A stretch of 49,313 nt of DNA from Octopus bimaculoides (taxonomy: Eukaryota), in the NCBI RefSeq assembly GCF_001194135.2, contig NC_068990.1, positions 54,356,571 through 54,405,883 on the forward strand. Reading direction: 5' to 3'. A program made the translations under genes and the position numbers. Below the pieces are notes generated by a model. The model searched no databases. It saw only the letters and a program-made list of their open reading frames with translations, and was not told the DNA's origin. Positions 37,669-48,338 of this stretch are shown here, piece after piece. The first letter of the stretch is position 1. Every line of letters starts with the position of its first letter.

Positions 37669-37868
37669 GCAGGTGTGGCTGAGAAGCTTCATTTCTAACT
37701 ATGTGATCTTGGGTTCAGACCTACTGTGTGGCATCTTAGACAAGTGTCTTCTACCAAATCAGTCCAGGGTTACAGTAGGAGACTCTTGCCCAAAGTGCTA
37801 TGCAGTGGAACTGAATCTAAAACCACATGGTTGCTAAGCAAGCTTGTTAATCACACAGCCATACATGT
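37669..37868. mobile_element. Two SINE heads in inverted, foldback arrangement
   Basis: Forward head 37669-37754 and reverse head 37775-37868, about 20 nt apart. Confidence 0.7.
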
Positions 37869-38099
37869 TCCTGTGTATGCATAAAATTTAGAAAAATACT
37901 GTTATCTAAAAGATGACAGAATGCTGACTGTTCTAAAAGTGGCCCAGTGTAACAGTAATTCTGCTCCTGTTTACCTGTTTGGGCATACCTAGTTCAACTG
38001 TCTGGAGCAGTCCATGCAGGTAGATGTAGAAAAAGAAGACAGTAGACAAGCAATCCTAGTATCCCTGAGCCTTAGCAATCAATGGAGTTACTAGGGTTG

Positions 38100-39340
38100 G
38101 GGTGTAAAATTTGCGCATCTGTGTAATTTAGGCAGGTGATTTTCATGATAAAATTTGTTAAAAAAAGCTAGTACTCATGTAAAATTCACACCCAAAAGTT
38201 ATCAGAATTGCCGATATAGCCAGGGAAAAAAAGGTTTTCAATTTAGTTGTAATTAGCATAATTTCACTTACTTATGATTAGATTTTATTAAATTTTCAAT
38301 AAATAAAAATAATTTCTGTTTAACAGGTATCACATTGAAAGCTATAAAATTACAAAATGTTTATGTTGTTTATAATAAACTTTATTTTACATTTCTTGCC
38401 CACAAGAGATTATGTCCAATCTTTAGCATACTGCTATGTCTTCTTAAATCACAATCACAGGAAAAGTTGTTAAGAATTACTAAAAAAACAAAGCTGATAA
38501 ATATGCACAGGTGTTGCAAATTAAGTTTAATTACCAATAAACACCAGCATGGATGACACTTTACTCAACCAACAGAGGAAGGTGACCGATCAAACTAATT
38601 ATATAAACAGAATTCTTTTCCACCTATTCTTGTTGGGACCTTTGATACAGAGTATCGAAATTTTAATCCCTTTCACACTTATAAAATGTTAAGCAAACTT
38701 AAGAATTTGTCATTACCATTATTGTCAGTATGGGCAGAACTTATGAAGGAGAAATTAAATATGTTGAATATGCATTTAAACATGACAATAGAGCTGCTGG
38801 AAGGTATTTTAATGTTAATGAAGCCAATGTTCAAAATTGGTGTAAACAATATGACAAACTTAAAACTGTGCTTAGTAATAAACAGACAAAAATAAAAGCA
38901 TACAATCAAGATTATTCATATCATTACATTTTTTTCAGTCAGGAATATCCATATCACTATGTATGTCAATGGTGCTCCATTCTGATAAAGTAGAAACTCC
39001 AAGCAATGTAAAATATGGCCCGGACCAGGTTTAGCAGCATAAATGTCAGACTTGAAATAGTAGTTAACCATTTAAGTTTTAGTAAATTTATACAGAAAAA
39101 GTAAGCACTATACTGTCCAGCATAAATAAAAGTCAACTTCATTATATTTAAGCCATTATTTTTTCTGTAAAACCTATACTGACATTAAATGAGTCAACTT
39201 CCGGTATGAATGTTTACATTTTGTATGTCTTTTTTCAACAACAAAATTCTGGAAATGATCTACTCATGTAATTTACACATCCACTAAAGTTTATTTTTAT
39301 TACTGTGAAAAAAGTGTGTAAATTACATGGGTTTTTAAAG
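38100..39340 (+). mobile_element. Decayed pogo-type (POGK-like) DNA transposon with a Brinker-type HTH remnant
   Basis: ORF 38730-38993: IKYVEYAFKHDNRAAGRYFNVNEANVQNWCKQYDKL matches the BrkDBD HTH pattern (VVEYAEKHGNRAAGRKFxVxExNVRxWRKQ). Inverted subterminal motifs tactcatgtaatttacac and gtgtaaattacatgggt at about 39261-39330. Boundaries approximate. Confidence 0.7.
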
Positions 39341-40683
39341 TAAATGATGTATGGAGAGGGATGAAGGTCTTGGAGATGTACAAGGCGTATAAGAGGGAGA
39401 TGAGGCACATTAAGAATGTATGTACACAGTGTAAATATGTAAATGGTGATGAGAGTAAATGTTCTTACTGAGTACCTACAAATGATATTAATATGAGCAT
39501 TTAATATTCTTGTGGACAGGGATTTGGACAAGACAACACAGCACACAGTGCCAAGTGTCTTGATCCTACATAACTATCTATGATGTCCAGACATATACAT
39601 TCTAACTTAACAATTTCACCCCAAGTCTACCTTGATTTATAATTACTTTATGCTCCTCCTTATCGATTTCCAATGCCCTTTCTAAAGTTGGTGTTAGGAA
39701 AGGTATCCAACTGTAGAATCCATACCAAATCAGATTGAAACCTGGTGTAGCCATCCAGTTTACCAGTTTCAGTCAAACCATCTAATCCATACCAGCATGG
39801 AAAGCAAACGCTAAATGAGATGATGATGATGAATAATCATCACTATTTTACAAGAACTAATGCTATCTAACAACTCCAAAATCGTCTCCAGTTCACACTA
39901 TACAATGATAACAGCAGGCGTGTTTAGCTGTAATAAACTGCACCACTCAAACAACAATGACAAAAATAGGCAATTTTCTCTGTACCAGATGACAAAAACA
40001 ATTAGGGAAGGATTGTGCTAGAATGGGCCTGTCTAATCCATGCCAGCATGGACATGATAAATTTATATATTTCATTTGCACTTTAGTTTTATTTAGTGGT
40101 GTGCAGGACTGTATTTCAGAAGTTCCAACCTCCAACACTTCTGACAATGATTGAATAATTTCTTAATGAAGCAATTTTGAATTTTGTTTTTGTCTTTTTA
40201 TTACTTTAATTCACATGTGAAGGCAGGTGGTTTCACATACAACTGTTAGGGCATTGGACCCATGACCGCAAGGTCTTCAGTTTGATTCCTGAATTGGGCA
40301 GTATATTGTGTCTTTGGGCAAAGCACTTCATTCTGCATTGTTTCCGTCTACTCAGCAGTAAATGCAGTTGACTATTAATGCATCTCTCTCTCTCTCTCTT
40401 AATATCTCATCCTCAATGTTTCATTGGGTCAGGGGGTGGAGAGTCTGAAATTATATAGGCAACCTAAAAATTTTAGCAAAAGCACAGTTCAAGTGATCAA
40501 GCCATATTCACATGTGATAGCTAAGCTTTAGTTATATTTTTTACACTAATTCATAGACTGGTTGGAAGTTAAATCTTGAAGAAGAATTCAATAAAGATTG
40601 TGAAGAGTGAAACCAATTTGAAACAATGCCCATATTACATGGATTAGTTTACTGATGAAAAAGTGAAATAAATAATACTGAAT

Positions 40684-40729
40684 CAGTAATGTAGGGATGG
40701 TACTTGCAAGTACCATCCCTACATTACTG
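40684..40729. repeat. Perfect 46-bp palindrome with no spacer
   Basis: cagtaatgtagggatggtacttg|caagtaccatccctacattactg. Confidence 0.97.
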
Positions 40730-40899
40730 GGGACAAACTAAGACAAACAGGGTAATGTGCCTAGCTTAGGAGCATGGCATAATGACTGCAGTTCTGTTTG
40801 AACTAACAAGCATGAAAACAATTAATGCAAGACCTTAATGATTGTTTAATAAAAGATAATATATAATAAATAAAAGCAAAATTATTTCAAAGCACTCAC

Positions 40900-42128
40900 C
40901 TGTAATAATGTTTACAGAGGCTAACATTCCCTGATTGATAATGGGACAGGTCACACCTTGAGTTTATGAACCCATCGCCTGTGATTATGTAGCTGTATGA
41001 GATTGCCTAAACCTCGTCCACATTCTCGGCAATGAACAGGTGTGCAATTTCTCTTTCGGTGCTGATCAAAGTAGTATTTGCAAATAAAACAATATTTACA
41101 CTTGTCACAGAAAAACAGGCCTTCACCATTGTGCTTCTTTTTAATGTGCAGCTTTAGGGAATATAACCGAAAGAAGGTTTTTTTACACTTGCTGCATTGG
41201 TGCTTGGCTTCTTCATGCACACCAATCATATGCCGCTGGCAGGCAGATCGATTGGGAAACTTCATGCCACATATTGCACATGTATCAGAGGTCACAGCAT
41301 ATTTTTTGGGTACTGTTGAAACAATTTTTACAACCTCTTTCTCATCAGAACTGCACACTTCCTCAGTGACTGTATACTCTTCCCCTATAGTTTGTACCCC
41401 AACATCGAGGTATGTATTCCCATAGCCATCAGCTGAGACAACTTCTAGAGGAATGCAATTTTCTTCAGTTTCAATGTCCTTCTGAATAAGAATAATGTTA
41501 GATTCAGCTGGATTAAGCATTTCATGCACCCTCATAGAATTATCAACAGCTTCAACAAGGCTTTCTTTATCTGCAGGTTCACCAGAAGCAGTCACTGTTT
41601 CTTCATTTTCTACTTTTACCTCAGAATCAGAAACCAAACTAATCAGTTGAATTTGCATATGCCATTCATCTCCCAACTCACCAACTGTTTGTATGTTTTC
41701 TGTTTTCACATCAGTGACAAGACCTGTGGTATCTATATCACCATTGGCAACCATCTGCATATGCCAGGCAGTATCCAATTCTGTGTAACCAGATTCAATT
41801 ACAGTTTGTTGTGACACAACAGAATCATCGTCTGATGGCTGATTGAATGACAAACAGCCTTCAAGTATTACTGTGTTTTCATCAGTGACACCATCTGATG
41901 AAATAATAGTTTCTGTTTCTTCATCAGGGCTCTGGTTAGCAATTAGCATTTCAGAATTATTTCCTTTTTCTAAATTAAGAGTGCAGTCAAGATCTGAGGA
42001 CTCTAAGTTGGTGTCACGGATATTTGAGATAATCAAGCCACACTCATGGCTTGCCACGTCAACTTCCATAATGATGTTTCATACCGCGAGAAATAAATAT
42101 ATATTTGTAGATCTGTATATTTTTGCAC
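40900..42128 (-). other. Predicted exon containing the whole ZNF CDS
   Basis: Acceptor (T-rich tract plus CAG) ends at 42129. Donor CAG|GTGAGT at 40900/40899. Confidence 0.65.
40951..42069 (-). CDS. C2H2 zinc-finger protein, 372 aa: acidic low-complexity N-terminus plus four C-terminal fingers (third is C2HC)
   Basis: Longest intact ORF in the window. Fingers CAIC..H(MIGV)H, CSKC..H(IKKK)H, CDKC..H(RKRN)C, CREC..H(RRWV)H at 40966-41280. In-frame TGA at 42079-42081 upstream of the ATG. Strong acceptor ttttacag|G at 42129/42128. Confidence 0.92.
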   Translation of the reverse strand: MEVDVASHECGLIISNIRDTNLESSDLDCTLNLEKGNNSEMLIANQSPDEETETIISSDGVTDENTVILEGCLSFNQPSDDDSVVSQQTVIESGYTELDTAWHMQMVANGDIDTTGLVTDVKTENIQTVGELGDEWHMQIQLISLVSDSEVKVENEETVTASGEPADKESLVEAVDNSMRVHEMLNPAESNIILIQKDIETEENCIPLEVVSADGYGNTYLDVGVQTIGEEYTVTEEVCSSDEKEVVKIVSTVPKKYAVTSDTCAICGMKFPNRSACQRHMIGVHEEAKHQCSKCKKTFFRLYSLKLHIKKKHNGEGLFFCDKCKYCFICKYYFDQHRKRNCTPVHCRECGRGLGNLIQLHNHRRWVHKLKV

Positions 42129-42299
42129 CTGTAAAAAGATGAAATAAAAAAAAAAAAACAATATCATTACATTTCAAAGTTGAAAATGACAATACCTGCA
42201 ACATCATTATCAATATAGTGAAGGATGCCATTATGCATTGCACAATCTGCAGTCCCCACCCCTCCTACTGTAATCGATTCTTTTAGTCCATTGTCAAAA

Positions 42300-43800
42300 G
42301 AATCTCTATAGAATCCACTTTTCTTCCTTTCTTAGCCAAAATGATTCTGTGAGCAGTATTCCTGCCAAGACAACCTCTACATTTTCTCTCCACCTCACAC
42401 ACTAAAACTCCTCTGTTTCTATCCCATTCTACTCCATCAGGTGTAAAAATACATTCACATGCTTGAAACTAACACGGCCACCAGCCTGATATTATCTCTT
42501 CCATAACTTTGAAATAGAGCTACCCTCTATCCTCACCAAATTATCAATCTCTTTTGCACTTAACAGAGATTACTCAATCATTGGAAACATGTTACAATGT
42601 GACCCAATTTCCAAGAACTGGAACTAACAATCTTCTTACACTCACTTCTAATATCTTAAAAGTGATGAAGACAGTCACTAACAACTAACTTCTCCTTGAA
42701 TCTCTTCTCTTTCTCTCTCTTCTTAAAGTTTGACTTTCGCAAAGCCAGATCTGTCTTTGTAAAAACAATGAAAGCAATGCTTTTGTCCCTGATACCAACA
42801 ATTCCCTGGTGTCTGCCACATCTGCTCTTAAAACCAGCTACCTGTGGCCTCTATTTGTCTTTCATCTCTTCAATCAAATTACCAACACAGTATGAATGGA
42901 TGAAACACTCTCTTCTATTGTTGTAATCCAACATTCAGGTCCCACCCAACTTCTTTGTCCAATATTTTAATAATCTATTTGTTATCACCATCAACAATGC
43001 CCACTCCTACATAGATTACACCACTCACCACCCTTTATTGCTCCCCAATCTTCTACATACAAGTATCATTTTCACATATCTAAACTACCTAAGCCATATT
43101 GACCAGATGAGCAGAGATCTTGAAAACATCCAGCAATGGAGTCAATCCAGTCTTGTTTCCCTCAACAATAGAAAAAAAAACAAACAAACAATCACTGCAC
43201 ATCTCAAGTAAAGCATTATGATACTTCCTACAAAATGAACAGACTGCAACTAGAACCCATACAACCTTTTCACATAGGTTCCACCATCAATAAAGATCAC
43301 TCCTGGTGGACACACACAATGTTGCTATAACAAATGCTATATCTTAAAGACTGATTTTCTTCTTCAGAACCAGAAAATACCACAGCTCCCAATAAGTATT
43401 AACCATCAATGAAACTTAGGTGGTGGATGAGGTGGGTACAATGGAGTACTCACCCTCCGCCATCTGGAATGATGCTGTTATGTACATAGTCATCCTGGAT
43501 CACATCCAAAGAAAGGTAACTTATCTGATCGGTCGGTATAAAGTTATTCACCTCCAGCCTACAGATGTAGTGTCTCCTTCTCCTGTCTTTTTTATTACTA
43601 CTATAGCAGTCTCTGCTCTTGGTTTCCTGTTCCCACCATTCAGGCTACACCACTTTTTCTGTCCTCTACAGACCCACACTAAACATTACACCTAAATCCT
43701 TCTTGCCCTAAATGTTGGATCCCTATGTATTTCCTGAAACCATCAAACTGGAACAGCTATAGCAGTACATAATATCAATCCTACCAGTCTGGAGTACTTG
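42300..43800 (+). mobile_element. Highly degenerate CR1/L2-like LINE RT fragment
   Basis: Remnant motifs: DQMSRDLENIQQWSQSSLVSLN (compare SDLxxIxxWgxxNLVxFN), RKYHSSQ.VLT...MEYSPSAIWNDA (compare FSPxQLLTxYK..MEYCSHIW), and a decayed PQGSxLGP/YADD region near 42935-43030. Confidence 0.65.
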
Positions 43801-44092
43801 TGAAGGACATGGATCTAAGCTCTCCTTCCAGACCAAATCACTAACAATAAAAAAATGTCATGTTTGAAGATACAAAGCAAGATGTTAACTGAATCCAAAT
43901 CTAGTGAAAACTGAAGGCAACAGTGACTATCCACCATTTTACAGCACATCATCATTTTCATATTCACTTGGTCGGATGAGACTTTTTGAGGCAGTGATTT
44001 TAAAACCAGATGACATCCATTCTTTTAGTTAACTTTTACAGCACATCAAATTAGAAAAAAGCATGAGTGATATATATTTTATTGACATGAGT

Positions 44093-44850
44093 AGGTGCAA
44101 GCACGGCTGCGTGGTTAAGGCGTTGGCTTCCCAATTACATGATTTTGGGTGGCACCTTGGGCAAGTGTCTTCTACTATAGCTCCAGGTAGAGTAAAGCGT
44201 ATTTGAGTGGATGTGATAAAAAGATACTGAAAGGAACCAGTGTGTGTATATATTTTATATATATATATATATATATTCTAATGTCCACAGAGCCATACCT
44301 GTACCAATTATATACATATCTACCTAACTATATATATGCATAAATGTAATTGTTTTCCCAAATAAATAGCACTTCATGTCTACTCAGGCACTCAAGTATA
44401 AGCCCACTGCATCTCATAGCAGAAACAGCTGAAAGCTATTGAAGTTCATAAGATAACTGTTCATTCCTTTGTTATCTCATTTTCTTAATATTCCTCAGGA
44501 GTTGACTAATGCTCCTTTCTGAAGCACATGTATTCTGAATTCTATACCAAGTTGTTAGTTTCACAATGCCTAAGCAATACACGCATACATCATATGTGTG
44601 TATGTATGTCGTCTCCTTGTCTTGACATAGTGTGTTAGCTGTAAATGAGTGTCACTGTCATATACAAGCAGTGTCATTTGTTTCTAAACTTTTGAGAAAA
44701 CATATCTGACCATGGTGAATTATCTTGATTGGAAATAGGTAAAGGTTAGCAACAAGAAGGGCATCTAGTCCTAATAAATCAATCTTAACAAATTTCATCT
44801 GACTCACACAAGCATGGAAAAGTGGACATTAAAACAACAACGACAGTAAT
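44093..44850 (+). mobile_element. SINE (head plus RTE-like tail) with internal insertions
   Basis: Head gtgcaagcacggctgcgtggttaagg...ggcaccttgggcaagtgtcttctactatagc; tail ...aacaagaagggcatctag...caagcatggaaaagtggacattaaaacaacaac. Confidence 0.7.
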
Positions 44851-47287
44851 GATAGAAGGCTGAAAGTTAACAACAGTATAATTTGAACTCATCAACTAAG
44901 TGGGTGGAAATAGACACTAAGGGGTATTTATAAAAATAATTGTTGCTAAAATAGGCACAGGGGATGAAATTTTAAGGAAGGAGCTAGATGGTACCATCAA
45001 CCCCAGTTCTGGACTGATGGCAGAATTTAAATATAATAATATATTGCAAAGTGATTGGCATTAGGAAGGACATCTAGCTATAGAAACCATGCCAAAATAG
45101 ACAATAGAGCTTGGCACAGCACTCCAGGTTGCCAACATGGAGAATGGATGATAAACGATGATAAATAATGTTTTACACTTATACTACTACTGCTACTACT
45201 ACTAATAATGATTTCTTATTAATGTCCTCATCATCGTCATTTAACGTCTGTTTTCCATGCTGGCATGGGTTGCTTGGTTCGACAAGATCTGGTGTACCAC
45301 AGAGTTGCATTGTGCTCCAAAAAGCTTAATCTTCAACAAGCAAAGCAGGGTAAGTCAATTGATAATAAAGCTAGATTAACACCCAACTACACAATTTACT
45401 ACAGCTTTGTGTTAAGCACCAGAGAGAAAAAAATTCTTCAAATTATTCCCCAATCTCGCAGAAAATTAACATTGCTATAATAAATTTTTAAATAAAGTTA
45501 ACCGCTCGATTTCCCCATTATTAACTAGTTTCCATTGTATGAAAAAAAAAAGAAGAAAGTGAACGAACGAGTTTCCAACAAATCAAAAGAACCTATCGAT
45601 TAAAAATCTCAGAGCCAAGTATACAAACCAATTCTGAGAGGGTACAATTCTAGTGACTATACTTAACTGCACAATATATTGAGAAATTTTCGATATGATT
45701 ATAATTCCTCGATATGGGCGTTTACAGAATTTCGTTTCATACAACCTCCGTGTAAACTGTTAACATAAAAAAAAAAATTCAACTATTATTTGATAAAATG
45801 TGGAATCTGTGTGCAAATTGGTGAAATGTGTTTCACCATATTGAGGAATTTATCGTCTAAACAGCGTTTTCAGTCTGAAGGTTTTTGCTATTAAAACCTA
45901 GAGACGTAAAATACGCAAATATCAATAAAAATATTGGGTCTTAACAACCAAACTTCCTCCCCTTTACCTACTCTTCCAATTCCTCAAAGGGGGAACATTT
46001 TCACAAAGAGGAAGAAAAACATTTGGAAATTGTTAGAAAAGACCAGCTTCGCAGTTTCGACATTAAAAATAACAATAACGATGATTTATGGTGAGGAGAC
46101 GTAAGACCTTGTAGAAACCAGCAATATCTTATTGGTACCAGTCAACACCGACCCAACGAGCCTATGATTGAACGTATTCCATTCATGACCATGTCAGAGA
46201 TAGTGTAACTGGGACTACACTATCTTAAGTGTCCCCACATTTTTAAGAGTATGATTCGGGGAAGGTTTATTCGCTGTTTCTAACAGACCAATAGACAAAC
46301 AATATAGAAGACCAGTAACTGATGAATAATACTTGTTTTACCAATACCGGAAGGATGAAAGGGAAGGCCCAAAGTCGACAGGGGAAAACCGACCTCTGTA
46401 ATTATGGAGCTATGTATTTGATCACATTTTACTTTTCTTGTCTTCAAGAAACTACACGAATGAAATGTCTACAAAAGGAGGAGAGGGTAATATTGACACT
46501 GAAAAGTGACTGAGAACAGATAAGGAAAATCTTCGTTTCATTTAAAGAAGTTTATGTAATTGGTAGAATTCTCTTTCGTCCGATAACTGGAACAATATTT
46601 AAAGAATTAGGCTCTAAAATATTTGGTCTTTTACAATATGGTAATATTTAATACATACAAAACAGTAAAAGAACAGCGATCTAATTAGGTAGGCGGTAGA
46701 ATGTATTTAAGTAGTTGATGAACATTATGATCTGATCAGAATTATAATTTACATCATAAAATATAGAGAGAAAGGAGGGAGATCGAGCAGAGAAGTGGAT
46801 TAAGATAATCCTAGTAAGCTAAATACAACAACAAAGACTGAAGTAACAAAATACAGGAAATGATAAGTAAATAAAAATAGTGAAGACATATGAATGATAT
46901 ACAATGTTGAAATTTGATCTTGTTGCAGATTAATAGAAGACAATTGCTTAATATAATTGATTATTATAGCAAGAAGAGTGTTATATCCAGGATTGACGTC
47001 ATTTACAGTAAAGGAACAAAGATTATGAAATCGCCTTTCAGATGTGACTATTTTAATAAATAAAAATAAAAACAAAAATACATCTAATCAAGGAAAACAT
47101 CAAACCGTAATTAACGAAGAATATAAGTCGATATTATAAAGAATTCTCAGTAAAAAATCTTTTCAGAAAAGACAATTACAGAACACAATGCCAAACTGGC
47201 CAATAAATACTTGTTATAATGTTTATAAACATAACATGAAATATATAAGTATCGGCAATAATATTAACAAAGCCTACAAATACTTAC

Positions 47288-47438
47288 CTTTAAATAATTA
47301 TTCTTGTTGGAAGTGTTCACAAGAAATATAATCTGGCAAAATTTGTAAAGTTATTTGAATGAAAGAAAATCATTTATTTGAAGAAAACCAGATTTTTAAA
47401 AACTATTGACACCTAAATATCTCCCTTGACTAAAGAAC
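47288..47438 (-). other. Putative non-coding 5' UTR exon 2 of the ZNF gene (151 nt)
   Basis: Acceptor ctaccttttcag|G at 47439/47438 and donor AAG|GTAAGTA at 47288/47287. Stops in all three frames. Confidence 0.6.
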
Positions 47439-47536
47439 CTGAAAAGGTAGATGAACCGTGTTACGATCTCTTGAGTATTCTGATTAGTTGAATTTTGTTT
47501 GCCAAAATAACAAGCTTTTTCATTGGTTTAACTTAC

Positions 47537-47870
47537 TGCAGTATCCTAACTAGTCCGTGTAACTAATTATCTTGATAATTCTATTTTTTCAGATCATTTA
47601 TAACACGGAGCTGTAGACAGACATTTATATATTTATGGTATAAGGCATTTTGTGAATAAGAGCGTCGTTGGTTACAAGGATCCAATGGACTAATTGATGG
47701 TCCAATGCATTTACGTTGATGAAGTAACAAGGAACCATGAGTGCAACACAGACGGAATAAATAGCACCGGATATTTTTATTAGTTGCACCGATTTAGCTG
47801 CTTTCGCGCCGTAATACAGACCTGAGAATATTTTCAATAGTAAATATCAACAAAAGATAAACGCACACAT
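47537..47870 (-). promoter_or_regulatory. Putative first exon and promoter region of the ZNF gene
   Basis: Donor GCA|GTAAGT at 47537/47536 gives a 98-nt intron to exon 2. Locally CpG-retaining unique sequence. The TSS position is unknown. Confidence 0.45.
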
Positions 47871-47941
47871 TTATATGTGTGTTTGTGTGCGTGTGTATAT
47901 ATATATATATATAGGTACTACTAAAGCAGCGCGGACCCGAA

Positions 47942-48065
47942 CGCGCTAGCTAGTCTTGAGTGGTCGATTCTAACCCTAACCCTAACTCTAAACCTATCCC
48001 TAACCCGCGTGTGCAAATGAATACGTGTTTAGGGTTAGGGTTAGGGTTAGGATCGACCACTCACG
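47942..48065. repeat. Hairpin containing inverted telomeric repeats (TAACCC)n ... (TTAGGG)n
   Basis: Arms 47955-47993 and 48027-48065 (39 bp, 3 mismatches) with a 33-bp loop. The right arm runs into the N-gap 48066-48151. Confidence 0.9.
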
Positions 48066-48338
48066 NNNNNNNNNNNNNNNNNNNNNNNNNNNNNNNNNNN
48101 NNNNNNNNNNNNNNNNNNNNNNNNNNNNNNNNNNNNNNNNNNNNNNNNNNNATAGTCTGGGGGATAAAACCCTGTAGTTATGCCTATATATATATAGAGT
48201 ACACATACTTCGATACGTAAATTTCGATCCTTTCACCCGCACGATTTTCACTAAGAAAGAAAAAAAACTCGGATTTTTTTAGTGTGGAATCAAGTATCCT
48301 GACCGGGGCTAATGCAGTTTCGGGCACTATCATGCTAT

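Noticed and set aside
41078-42142. Plus-strand ORFs of 96-115 aa overlapping the ZNF CDS
   Set aside because: Antisense shadows of the coding sequence with no independent motif or splice support.
47955-48065. Interpretation as a chromosome fusion scar or true telomere
   Set aside because: Only 3-5 units per side, orientation opposite to a head-to-head fusion, and ordinary genomic sequence continues on both sides.
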